From the NCBI GenBank assembly GCA_963779615.1, contig CAVZZA010000003.1:1024001-1088000 (forward strand): 64,000 bases of DNA, written 5' to 3'. Source of the stretch: an uncultured Nitrososphaeraceae archaeon. GTDB taxonomy: Archaea; Thermoproteota; Nitrososphaeria; Nitrososphaerales; Nitrososphaeraceae. The translations under genes and the position numbers were made by a program. Shown piece after piece: positions 22,672-32,526 of the stretch (its first letter is position 1; each line of letters begins with the position of its first letter). Under the pieces are notes generated by a model. That model saw only the letters and a program-made list of their open reading frames with translations, ran no database searches and had not been told where the DNA came from.

Positions 22672-23658
22672 CTATGAGAGTTGCTCTAACCTTATTCTGA
22701 TAATGCCGTTAATGACAGAAATCGATGTAACGTTAAGGATGGAGTTTTCAGACTTTGGAATTTGGACCGAATAGGTTTTGTTTAGCACAGGCACTTTTAC
22801 ATACAAAACATTATTAGAATTATCAAATTTAACCTGAATATCAGATTTTGAAACAATACCTCGTTGTTGGATGATCACATCCAGAAAACCATTTCCAGGG
22901 AGAACTTCTGGGGAGACATCTTCCTCTGCCAGGTCATTTTTCACGGGTTTGAATTGGGTTGTTTTGTTTATTTTTGTTTCGTTAAAAGGTCTGCAAAAAA
23001 ATGGGGCAAAAAACTTCCAAGAATACGCAGTGCCAACCCCTGCCAAAAATCCACCTATATGCGCAAGATATGCGACTCCTCCGGACTGGCCAATTAACGC
23101 AAAAATCAGTTGCAGTATGAACCAAAAGGGGATATACGCCAAAGCAGGTATTCTCACGGTAGTAATAAAAAAGGCCAAAATCATGGTATGTATTTTAGCG
23201 TGAGGGAAAAAAATCAAATATCCACCAAGAACACCAGATATTGCGCCGGAGGCACCTACTGCGGAATATTTCCATCACCAGTTGACACTGCATATATGCT
23301 ATGAGCAAAAGAAGCGACAACACCCCAAAGTAAATACAGCATTAGATATTTGTAGTGGCCAAAACGGCCTTCCAAGTTATCACCGAAAACATAAAGGAAA
23401 AACATGTTTCCCAATAAATGAGCTATGCTGCCATGCAAAAACATAGAGGAAAAGAACGAACAAAGATTTTGGCCGGACAAAATGAGGTTTGGAACAGCAC
23501 CATAGTTAGAAAACAAGATAAGGATTGTGCAAAATATTGGAGAAATTAGAAGTAATGATCATTTCATAAATGAAAATAAGAATATTTACAGCGATTAATC
23601 CATAATTAATAAATGGCCTTCCTATGGTGCTTGGGGCATCATCATTATATGGAAACAT
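22672..23658 (-). CDS. Rhomboid intramembrane serine protease with C-terminal Hsp20-like domain, frameshifted
   Basis: MFP start, [32 protein letters not shown]. Confidence 0.88.
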
Positions 23659-23702
23659 ACAGTAACTCAATCTAATAAATAAAATAAAACAAAAAGAACA
23701 AA

Positions 23703-23864
23703 TTATGTTCCAAAGGGATTAAAATTTGGCATATCACTATTTTTTTCACTATGAGCTTTTCTAGTATGACGTCTTAATCTTTCATCATCTTCAAAAACCA
23801 TATCGCAGTATTTGCATTTTTTCTTACCGCCATCTTTTTCATTCTTTTTAGAAAATAATCGCAC
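23703..23864 (-). CDS. 53-aa C2H2 zinc-finger protein (not in ORF track)
   Basis: GTG start; MRLFSKKNEKDGGKKKCKYCDMVFEDDERLRRHTRKAHSEKNSDMPNFNPFGT*. Confidence 0.8.
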   Translation of the reverse strand: MRLFSKKNEKDGGKKKCKYCDMVFEDDERLRRHTRKAHSEKNSDMPNFNPFGT

Positions 23865-23935
23865 AATTAATTAGAAAATAAGGGCGTAAATTAAAGTTAC
23901 TGTCAGTTGAAAATAAAAGAAAAAGTAAGCTGAAG

Positions 23936-24166
23936 TTACTCCATGACAATCATGGTTAGGGTAGATTTAACTCCATTTAATTTTCTTAGATTCCATGTAA
24001 TGGTCTCTTTAACCTTATCCATAGTTTCACCCTCCACAAGAGCCACTATATCATACACACCATACACTTGATAAACATTTTTTATTAAATCTATTTTTTT
24101 TAATTCATTGATGATTGATTCCTCACTACCTAATTCCGCATTCATTAGCACAAAAGCTTCTGGCAC
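23936..24166 (-). CDS. Lrp/AsnC ligand-binding (RAM) domain protein
   Basis: AFVLMN, VYGVYDIVA, GVKSTLT. Confidence 0.9.
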   Translation of the reverse strand: MPEAFVLMNAELGSEESIINELKKIDLIKNVYQVYGVYDIVALVEGETMDKVKETITWNLRKLNGVKSTLTMIVME

Positions 24167-24227
24167 ATATCTATAAAACTAAAACAAATATAAAAAGATG
24201 ATTTAGTTTAAAATCAAGAAAAAGACA

Positions 24228-25038
24228 CTAGATTTCCGGGCTTAATTTGGATTCATCAAATTGTTTTGCGCGAATCCACTCATAACAAAAAAAATCCTCG
24301 CACCATTCGTGAAAGGATTCATCTTTACTATAAAACATGATGTTAAGATCAGGGACCCCTTTAAGTGTAGGAAAGGAAACGCAAGACTCATTCTCATTAA
24401 AGATAGTCACAATACTCACTTTATCAACCAGTCGGCGTTCCACCATTCCTTTGAATATCATATGTATTCCATCCTAGTTTTTTTAGGAGTTCATTTCTTC
24501 CTTTAGGAATCACAACATCATTGGGAAAAATGTAGGAAAACTTTACATTATTATTGATACGCTCTGCAATGGGTTCTATCAAATCTATTGGAACTTGGGA
24601 CAGAATTTCCTTGATATAGATACGAGAGTTATTATAGACCATTTTCCACCGCTGGAGAACTGCCATCACGCCTACAACAACTTCACAATTGTTGAGAGAA
24701 CCTATTCTTTGAACAAACTTTAACGGAAGACTACTCAGAGTATGCTCTTGAAAATATTCTTTATGGATAAAAGGAAAACGAAAGTTAGGAATCAAAGATA
24801 CAATAATTTTTCCATACGATGTCAACAACAAATCGCCTTCCCCAGTTTTTTTTACCAGTCCAGAATCAATTAGTCTATTGACGTTTCTATGAGATTCTTG
24901 CATAGTTGTATTTAGATCACCTGCCAATTGGGATAGACGATAAGGTTTGGATGATAGTTTCATTAACATATACAGCCTTACATCTCCAGCAAGCTCAAAG
25001 AACACGGAATGAAAGTCATCACCAGCCTGGCCCAGCAT
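24228..25038 (-). CDS. ArsR-like wHTH transcriptional regulator with DUF1724-like C-terminus, frameshift near 24460
   Basis: FFELA, ESHRNVNRL, LTSYG; C-terminal FHEWCEDFFCYEW. Confidence 0.8.
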
Positions 25039-25185
25039 GAGTTAAAAGTTATAGAAACTTAAATTTAAACTTGCTAAAGTCGGACAATTTCATTAATCGG
25101 CTTATTTATTTATTAGTGAAAAAACAACGATGTGGAAGAGAAACCAAAACGTTTTAATTGGTTTACAAGTTACAAAATTTGAAGT

Positions 25186-25285
25186 GCCCGGGTAGTATAG
25201 AAATGCATTCGTTTGCATTGTAAAGTCCGGTCCAGTATGGGGGACTGTCACTCCTTCGACCCGGGTTCGAATCCCGGCCCGGGCG
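25186..25285 (+). tRNA. tRNA-Asp(GTC) with a 25-nt D-loop intron (about 25201-25225, position 15/16)
   Basis: GCCCGGG acceptor, anticodon arm GGGGA-CTGTCAC-TCCTT, T-arm CCGGG-TTCGAAT-CCCGG; intron hairpin AATGCA/TGCATT. Confidence 0.92.
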
Positions 25286-25690
25286 CTTAAACAATTTTTT
25301 TATCCCTTTTTCAAGTGTTTTTGAAATTCCCTGACAAGGTTACAGCATTACAAAAGTAATGAAGGTTGTATTTAAAATGAAAAGATATGGTTGTTTACAA
25401 GTACATTTTAACTTTAACAGGTAGCCATAAACACAATATCAAGAGTAAGATAGAGAAAGATAAAATCAATTTTTAGATTAATCACTGTCAACAAAGTATT
25501 AGACGCATATTTTGATCTAATTCTTCATACAGCATGCCCGAAATGTTCGGGCTCACATCAAAACTAAATCATTACTAGGCAATTCAATTGCATAATACTA
25601 AATAAAATTGAATGATTTTTTCACACATCAACAGCAGATAAACAAAGAAAAAATTAGGAAACAATATTGTGCCATTATTTAAGAATCAGC

Positions 25691-26200
25691 CTATTTTGAG
25701 GTATTGTTTCCAAGGTTCAATATGCCGCCTACACCTTTATTCAATGCATCACCAATAGCCTCTGGAGCTTTCTTCAAGGTCCCTTCAAGGGTATTATTTG
25801 CAGCGTTTACTTTATTATTTGTATAATTTACAGTATTGGGCACCTCGTTACTAGGATATTTAGCAGCCTCGGATTGAACATCAGTCCCATTTCCACCAGA
25901 AACAGCAGTTAATGTATTATTAGCAGGCAAAGATCCATTGCTTGGGTATCTAGTATCGGGCACTGTTACACCTTTTTCGGCTTGTTGAGCCAGGTCTACA
26001 GCATTATTTACAGAATTGGGGCCGGTTTTTACTGGGATGTCTGGTGCTTGTCCAGATTGACCGACTTGACCCGTATCCATAGAACCACCTGCATTGCCTG
26101 GTGCTTGCCCATGAGCAAATTGTATTAAAGGTATTAAAAATACCGAAAGTAACAACACAGAAATTAATTTTATCATTATTACTTTAGTACATGCAATCAT
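25691..26200 (-). CDS. Secreted low-complexity protein
   Basis: Signal peptide ending AHG-Q; N/G/Q/T-rich body. Confidence 0.7.
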   Translation of the reverse strand: MIACTKVIMIKLISVLLLSVFLIPLIQFAHGQAPGNAGGSMDTGQVGQSGQAPDIPVKTGPNSVNNAVDLAQQAEKGVTVPDTRYPSNGSLPANNTLTAVSGGNGTDVQSEAAKYPSNEVPNTVNYTNNKVNAANNTLEGTLKKAPEAIGDALNKGVGGILNLGNNTSK

Positions 26201-26588
26201 TTAAATCTCTTGCTGAAAAAATAATGCATTATTGAAACTGATGCAAGCATCGATTCATCATTACAATACAACCACTTTGTACATTGTTCATGTCATGAAT
26301 CATGAATAAACTAATCACTAAAATCTGTCATTCCGTCATGAAACAAACCCAAAGTACGTGTCATGTTTATACAAGATGGTCATAACAAAAATGGCGTATT
26401 TGCAATAATGTCATGATGATGCAAAACTGTTACCAATAGATTTTCTCTCATTACATGTGATTACTAAATCAATTGCAAAGATAACAAAAACAATGTGTTA
26501 TCACCCAATAGCAAATGGTTGATAAATGGAAAACTCAAAAATGCAAAAATAATTTTTTTATTATAACAAAAAATAATAGATGTTTTTT

Positions 26589-27584
26589 TTAGTTTTTAGT
26601 ATTTTTTATCATGTGATTGTAATTCAATCCACTTCCTGATTGTTTAGCAGACCATTCTGTAAACTGCCTTAAACCGTGTTCAAAGGTTACCTGGGGATGA
26701 AAATTAATTATTTTTTTAGCCTTTATTATTGAAGATATACTTGCTTGTATATCGCCTAGCCTGCTTTTGAAAAATTCATGTTTTATTCTCCCGTTACCCA
26801 TCAAACGCGACAATATATTAATTAGATCTATAACTGTGGTGCCCTGCCCCGTGCCTATATTAAAAACCTCTCCAGCGGCATTTTTTGATGACATGGAAAG
26901 CATATTTGCTTTTACAATATCAGCTACGTTAATAAAGTCCCTTATTTGCAGCCCGTCGCCAAAAATTACCGGATTTAGGTTTTTTAACACCCTGTTCACA
27001 AAAATTGTTATTACACCACTGTAGGGATTGTTACTTTGTCGGGATCCAAATACATTAAAATATCTCAAGGACACACATTCAAGCCCATAAGTTTTCCAAT
27101 AAGAATGAAGGTAATTCTCGACAGCGAGTTTAGAAGAACCATAAGGCGAAGTTGGCCTGCAAATCATATCTTCATGCAGTATATTTGATTTAACATCACC
27201 ATAAACTGCGGATGACGATGCAAAAATCAATTTTTTTACTTTTGATTTGACACAGTAGTCCAACACCTCCATCGAAGAGCTAACATTCGCTTTAAAGACA
27301 GATTTGGGATCCTGTACAGATTTGACAACGCTAGCGATTGCAGCTTGGTGAAAAACAACGTCAATATCTTTGACATCTTTTAAAATTTGGCTTATATCAG
27401 AAATATTGCCTACCATTGTATGCAATAACCTGTTATTCTTGTTTTTTGACAAGTTATTGATATTTCCGCTGCTTAAATCATCAATGACATAAGTTTCTAT
27501 TCCCCTATCAAGTAATTCATCAACTAAATGGCTTCCTATAAAACCCGCTCCCCCCGTAACCAATGCGCGATTAATAGATTTCAT
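26589..27584 (-). CDS. NAD-dependent nucleotide-sugar epimerase/dehydratase (GalE/WcaG family)
   Basis: TGGAGFIG, SSSAVYG, YGSSK, RYFNVFG, GDGLQIRDF. Confidence 0.93.
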   Translation of the reverse strand: MKSINRALVTGGAGFIGSHLVDELLDRGIETYVIDDLSSGNINNLSKNKNNRLLHTMVGNISDISQILKDVKDIDVVFHQAAIASVVKSVQDPKSVFKANVSSSMEVLDYCVKSKVKKLIFASSSAVYGDVKSNILHEDMICRPTSPYGSSKLAVENYLHSYWKTYGLECVSLRYFNVFGSRQSNNPYSGVITIFVNRVLKNLNPVIFGDGLQIRDFINVADIVKANMLSMSSKNAAGEVFNIGTGQGTTVIDLINILSRLMGNGRIKHEFFKSRLGDIQASISSIIKAKKIINFHPQVTFEHGLRQFTEWSAKQSGSGLNYNHMIKNTKN

Positions 27585-27625
27585 TTATCGCATCCACCCT
27601 TGAAAATAGAATAAAAAAGATATCT

Positions 27626-27835
27626 TTAGGATATATTCCACTGTGTATTCACCATTTGAAACTCAAATATAATTGACAATAAACTAATGAATAGAGTAAA
27701 ACTAATGATCAATATTATTGTATAGTACGTTTGTTCGCTTTTTAATTTCTTACCTTTTGAGGTACAAATTCCAACTATAAGCATCACCATATAGAATAAC
27801 CCCCCAATTCCAGATATCGAAGATCCTGCAGACAT
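27626..27835 (-). CDS. Small two-TM membrane protein
   Basis: 69 aa with two hydrophobic segments, 10 nt downstream of the GT2 gene. Confidence 0.65.
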   Translation of the reverse strand: MSAGSSISGIGGLFYMVMLIVGICTSKGKKLKSEQTYYTIILIISFTLFISLLSIIFEFQMVNTQWNIS

Positions 27836-27845
27836 GTCCTATTCA

Positions 27846-28949
27846 CTAATGTCCCTTTTCATAAATCGTTAGCCTTTTTTTCAGCACAACTTCTGAAATA
27901 AACGCTTCATAAGTATAATAGATATTTACTATTTTAAGGAGGATAAAAGATGGCAAGCAAGCAATAACTTTTTTAAGATATTTTATTTTATATCCAATTA
28001 TCATAGACGGTATCAAAAAAAGTAATATATCTATCACAAATGTAAATACCATCAATGAATAATTTTGCGAAAGTATAGATATCAAAGGCAACACAATCAG
28101 TAACAATAGTGATCCCAATACCGCATCTATTGTTCCCACCATAACTTGCTCCCTTAAACCAGGGATTTTCATTATCTTCTTTCTATGCAACATCACATTT
28201 TGAAACCAACCGTGGGACCAACGTTTAAGTTGTTTAGACATTAATTTGAAATTATCAGGCTCTAATGGAAAGCAGAAAGATTCAGGAAAACATTGCACAG
28301 ACTTTCCACTTTCATAAAATGACCAGGTTAGGTCTATATCTTCCAACATCGTTCTTGCGCTCCAACCTCCAATTTTCTTTACATCATCGGTATTAAAAAT
28401 AGAAAAGCAACCTGAAATGGTCAACGGTCTCCCATACCATTGCTGAATCCTTTTTGAGAAGGAGAATACAAACATATATTCGATAAATCTGGCGCGTTCC
28501 CAAACAGTCTCGATTTTTTGTGGAAGAACAAAATTGCAACAGGCTGAGGTTTCAGGATGCTGTTCCATAAACTGAAACATTTTTTCTACAGTATCCTCCT
28601 TTATAATAGTATCAGCATCAATAGATATTACATATTTGCTTTTTATGAAAGGAAGTGCAAATGACTGAGCTTTTGCTTTATTTCCAGTATTTTCTGGTGT
28701 TCTTATAACAGTAGCGCCATAAGACTTTGCAACGGCTCCAGTGTTGTCAGAAGAAAAATCATCAACCACGATAATCTCTTCAGTTAAACATGTTTGGTTT
28801 TTTAAACTATCAAGTGTTTTATGAATAGTCGCTTCTTCATTGTAAGCTGGTATCACTATAACAACAGGTAACACTTTAGTCTGTTCATATAAAACTGAAT
28901 CTGCAGGCTGTTTGATATTCAACGATCGACTCTTATCCTGTCTATTCAC
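27846..28949 (-). CDS. Processive GT2 glycosyltransferase (PgaC/IcaA-like)
   Basis: IPAYNEE, VDD, DAD, ED, KQLKRW (QxxRW), C-terminal TM helices. Confidence 0.88.
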   Translation of the reverse strand: MNRQDKSRSLNIKQPADSVLYEQTKVLPVVIVIPAYNEEATIHKTLDSLKNQTCLTEEIIVVDDFSSDNTGAVAKSYGATVIRTPENTGNKAKAQSFALPFIKSKYVISIDADTIIKEDTVEKMFQFMEQHPETSACCNFVLPQKIETVWERARFIEYMFVFSFSKRIQQWYGRPLTISGCFSIFNTDDVKKIGGWSARTMLEDIDLTWSFYESGKSVQCFPESFCFPLEPDNFKLMSKQLKRWSHGWFQNVMLHRKKIMKIPGLREQVMVGTIDAVLGSLLLLIVLPLISILSQNYSLMVFTFVIDILLFLIPSMIIGYKIKYLKKVIACLPSFILLKIVNIYYTYEAFISEVVLKKRLTIYEKGH

Positions 28950-29795
28950 ACACTATTATAATAATAAAAATATATATAAAGGTATTATACCAAACACGTA
29001 TTTTATAGTTCCTAACACTAGAAATCAGTCCAAGACATTACAAAAAGCTAAGAAGAAGCGCATAATAAAAACGATTTTCAATGGATAAACATATTATACT
29101 ACAAAAGACGATTAAATACAATTGTTATCCATATTTGTCTGTTAATATAATTGAAATGATTGAAGTCTTGAGTAACTTTCTTTTTACCATCAACAGGTTT
29201 TTGCAATTTTTCAAAATCCAACCAATAAATTGGTTTAAGACAAAGGTAGGTTTGATTCTTTAGTTAATTAGTTTAATAGCGTTTACTAAATGATGACATA
29301 TGATATCAGAGAGAAACATCCTTAAATGAATAAGAACAACATGACATATTTTAGTTATAGAGTTAATCTAATTTTGAGCCTCTATTGATTTTCCAATTGT
29401 ATATAAGGTCTATACCTTTTTGTATATATTTATCATCTTAAAAATGGTATATGTCTTTCATTGTACATCGGGTTAATTAGACATTTTCAATAGCATATTC
29501 ATATTGCCATTTTTTACCGCCCGGTATGCTAAATTCTAGTTTATTACATTAACACATGATATCAATCAAAACCTACAGGTTATCCAAATCTTTACTTTGA
29601 ACACAATTTTGATAATTCAAATCATTTTGAGTTGACAATACACAGCATCATCAAAAATCGACAGATGCAAAGGATGTTTAATTGCGGGTTTTTAGATTTA
29701 CAATGACATAAAAACAAATAAAAATAAATTAATTAAATTCATTAAAAAAGGCTGGATTTTTATTTGTCTCGTGTAAGGTATATCTCATTATTTAT

Positions 29796-30353
29796 TTATT
29801 TGTTACCCCCAAATAGACCACTTAAAGTTTGACCTATCTGATCTAGAGGCCCCTTACTCTGATTTTGCCCTGATTGTTGTTGACCTTGGCCGGTTTGATT
29901 TTGCCCTGATTGTTGTTGACCTTGGCCGGTTTGATTTTGCCCTGATTGTTGTTGACCTTGGCCGGTTTGATTTTGCTGAGGTGTTGATTGATCTAGAGCT
30001 GGTCCAGCTTGACCTTGTGGATTATGACCAAGTTTTTGTTCATCTGTTTCTTGTCCTGCTTTGGATTTATCAGTGTCTTGCTCCAATTGCATACCAGAAG
30101 ATAATGAACTGTTTGAAATAGAAGTGTTATTAGCAAGCAAATCCTTATTTCCTTTGGAACCTGTCAAATTCTGGAGTTCCTCAAATGTTCCTGCGCCTTG
30201 TTGTTGTGAGCCATTACCAGTATTGGTAGTGTTTTGTGCAAAGACAGATGGCAAAAAGCTTGAAGTATAAAGCAAACCAGAAATTCCTACAATGATAAAT
30301 ATCGCTATTGTATGTTTGGCAACGTTCATTTTAAATCTCATTGTATTAAGCAA
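29796..30353 (-). CDS. Secreted Gln/Gly-rich repeat protein
   Basis: Signal peptide ending VFA-Q; QNQTGQGQQQSG repeats. Confidence 0.8.
   Translation of the reverse strand: MLNTMRFKMNVAKHTIAIFIIVGISGLLYTSSFLPSVFAQNTTNTGNGSQQQGAGTFEELQNLTGSKGNKDLLANNTSISNSSLSSGMQLEQDTDKSKAGQETDEQKLGHNPQGQAGPALDQSTPQQNQTGQGQQQSGQNQTGQGQQQSGQNQTGQGQQQSGQNQSKGPLDQIGQTLSGLFGGNK
29860..29976. repeat. 36-bp tandem repeat, about 3 copies, in frame
   Basis: TGATTTTGCCCTGATTGTTGTTGACCTTGGCCGGTT repeated. Confidence 0.92.
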
Positions 30354-30481
30354 TATAATAAAGTTTTTATTTTTATTTTATGACATAGTATTTTAACAAA
30401 ACTATATTAAATTTTAATATAAACTATAAAGAATAAATAAAAATTTTTAGCATATGCATATAATATTCCATGGGATAAAAA

Positions 30482-31021
30482 TCATTCTGCCTTAATTTCT
30501 AATTGGACTTTTATTGAATGATCGGTAATTTGTATTTCGCAATCCTTCTCAAGCATGTTTGTGAATAACGATTTTAAAAACCCAAGCAAAAATTTTGAAC
30601 CCTTAAGCCCTAATCTATGCCTAATTACGATTATTTTATTATTTGATTCTGTTATTTCATCATATGTCCCGATTCTTCCATATGTACACAATACTTTCTC
30701 AATATACTCAATAACTGATTCGACTGTTACATGTTTTTTCCAAAATAAAATGGTGTCATTGGGCAACTCTTTTCCCATTTCCAATCCTAGGTTATAAGCC
30801 TGATCCTCATCACCACATTCTAACATGCTCCTAAAGATTTCACGATTAATAACAATCATATCCAGTTTGGATTGGAATCTGGTAAACTCGGTATATTGTT
30901 TGAGAATAGAATTCATCATTGCATTAACAGATATCCCCATTCGATCGGATTCATTCTGTAAAATGTCGGAAAATACCTTATCTATACGAAAAGATCTCAC
31001 AGATGATGACGAGGGAGACAA
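30482..31021 (-). CDS. Putative regulator with ribbon-helix-helix-like N-terminus and V4R-like C-terminus
   Basis: VRSFRID...ESDRMGISVNAMMNSILKQY; IRHRLGLKGSKF. Confidence 0.6.
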   Translation of the reverse strand: MSPSSSSVRSFRIDKVFSDILQNESDRMGISVNAMMNSILKQYTEFTRFQSKLDMIVINREIFRSMLECGDEDQAYNLGLEMGKELPNDTILFWKKHVTVESVIEYIEKVLCTYGRIGTYDEITESNNKIIVIRHRLGLKGSKFLLGFLKSLFTNMLEKDCEIQITDHSIKVQLEIKAE

Positions 31022-31060
31022 ATGCTGTCAATACTATAGGGTATATCAATACCTTAAATT

Positions 31061-31115
31061 TGTAACTGTATGTAATCAATTGTAACCTGATTTAACAATT
31101 TGTAATTAATGTAAA
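31061..31115. promoter_or_regulatory. Phased array of six TGTAAY-like hexamers at about 10-bp spacing
   Basis: TGTAAC 31061, TGTAAT 31071, TGTAAC 31081, TTTAAC 31091, TGTAAT 31101, TGTAAA 31110. Confidence 0.7.
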
Positions 31116-31129
31116 CATTGTCTTAAATA

Positions 31130-32101
31130 TTGACTATTACCATTGTCTTAATTGTGAAAAGCAGTCAACAACGCCTCCATCTCATGCACAAAAGTACAGA
31201 TCATAAGCACTCCATTATATATGACTATGAAAATGGTGAAAAAATTTGCAATGTCTGTGGCACAGTGGTTAAAGATAAAATAGTTGATGAGGAACTAGAA
31301 AATGGATTTCCTAAACGTAAGAGCGAATGCAACACCATTTTGCCATATTCACTCACACTATATGATCAAGGAATATCCACCACAATGGCTGATTCATATA
31401 GATTCAAATCAAATGAATGGTCAACCAATCAAAAAGACCATTATAAGATGGATTTTCTAAATAAGATTGTAAGTTACTCCAACGAGAAAAGAAATTTGAA
31501 GATAGCCATAGATATGCTAAATCGCTTAAAGGATAAGATCCACCTCACGTCCGCGTGTATTGAAGAAGCTTTTTCATACTATCGAAAGGCATTGGAGACA
31601 GGTTTGATAAAAGGCCGCTCAATCAAAGAGATGATCATAGCTTGTGTTTACATAACCTGTAAAAAAATTAGTCTCCCAAGAACTTTATCTGAAATTTCAA
31701 AAATAGTCAATGGAAATGAAATTTTTGCAGCCAGATGTTATCGCCTTCTTGCAAGGGAGTTTAAAATCGTGTATACCCAATCCGATCCAGTTATCTTTTT
31801 GCATAAGATAGCCAATGAATCAAAGGTAAGTGAAAAAACCACCAGAAAAGCTTTAGATATATTGCTATCCATAAGGAAAAATGAAATATTTGTTGGAAAA
31901 GACCCTCTATCAATCGCTGCGGCAATTTTGTATGCTGTATGCAGAAAAAATAAGGAAAAAGTATCTCAATCAAAGATAGCGTATTCTGCAAATATTAATA
32001 TAATCACTTTGAGAAAGCGTTTGTTGGAGTTTAAAGGCATTTTTGGCGACACAGACCTTCTAAGTAACACCACAGTAGCCTCTAATGTAATATCAGCTTA
32101 A
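31130..32101 (+). CDS. tfb: Transcription initiation factor B paralogue (start may be 31184)
   Basis: GEKICNVCG, EKRNL, KGRS, PRTLSEI, GKDP, two cyclin folds. Confidence 0.9.
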   Translation: MTITIVLIVKSSQQRLHLMHKSTDHKHSIIYDYENGEKICNVCGTVVKDKIVDEELENGFPKRKSECNTILPYSLTLYDQGISTTMADSYRFKSNEWSTNQKDHYKMDFLNKIVSYSNEKRNLKIAIDMLNRLKDKIHLTSACIEEAFSYYRKALETGLIKGRSIKEMIIACVYITCKKISLPRTLSEISKIVNGNEIFAARCYRLLAREFKIVYTQSDPVIFLHKIANESKVSEKTTRKALDILLSIRKNEIFVGKDPLSIAAAILYAVCRKNKEKVSQSKIAYSANINIITLRKRLLEFKGIFGDTDLLSNTTVASNVISA

Positions 32102-32306
32102 GGTAACACGCAAGGCAAATACCTTTTTGCTTTGGCAACTTGACAGTTATTGACACAGTCTGTTTTTTTATTTTGTTTTGACAAATAACCATAATATTTT
32201 ATGGTTAGCGACTGTGCAAAGATTCACCATCAACAAGCACAACCCTAAAGACAGTAAAGTGCCATGAAAAAATTATGTGTAAACAATACAAGAAAAACGT
32301 AACGTT

Positions 32307-32522
32307 TTACTTGTTGTTTAACAGGGAATTAACAGTGCCTGAGACATCCACTTGCTGTATTTTATTAATTTCTTCATCAAACCACATTTCAACTTCTTTT
32401 GGGTTGTCATAAATTTTATCCTTGATTGAATTTAATTCGGCTATCCTCGTTTGGGAAAGATTCTGAAGCGGATAAAGGTGGTCATTGACTAATTTGGTTA
32501 TAATGTGCTCGAACATCTTCAT
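32307..32522 (-). CDS. Small hypothetical protein
   Basis: 71-aa ORF with GAGGGA just upstream. Confidence 0.6.
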   Translation of the reverse strand: MKMFEHIITKLVNDHLYPLQNLSQTRIAELNSIKDKIYDNPKEVEMWFDEEINKIQQVDVSGTVNSLLNNK

Positions 32523-32526
32523 TCCC

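Noticed and set aside
29860-29976. 36-bp repeats as a CRISPR array
   Set aside because: Contiguous tandem copies without spacers, in frame within a CDS; no cas genes.
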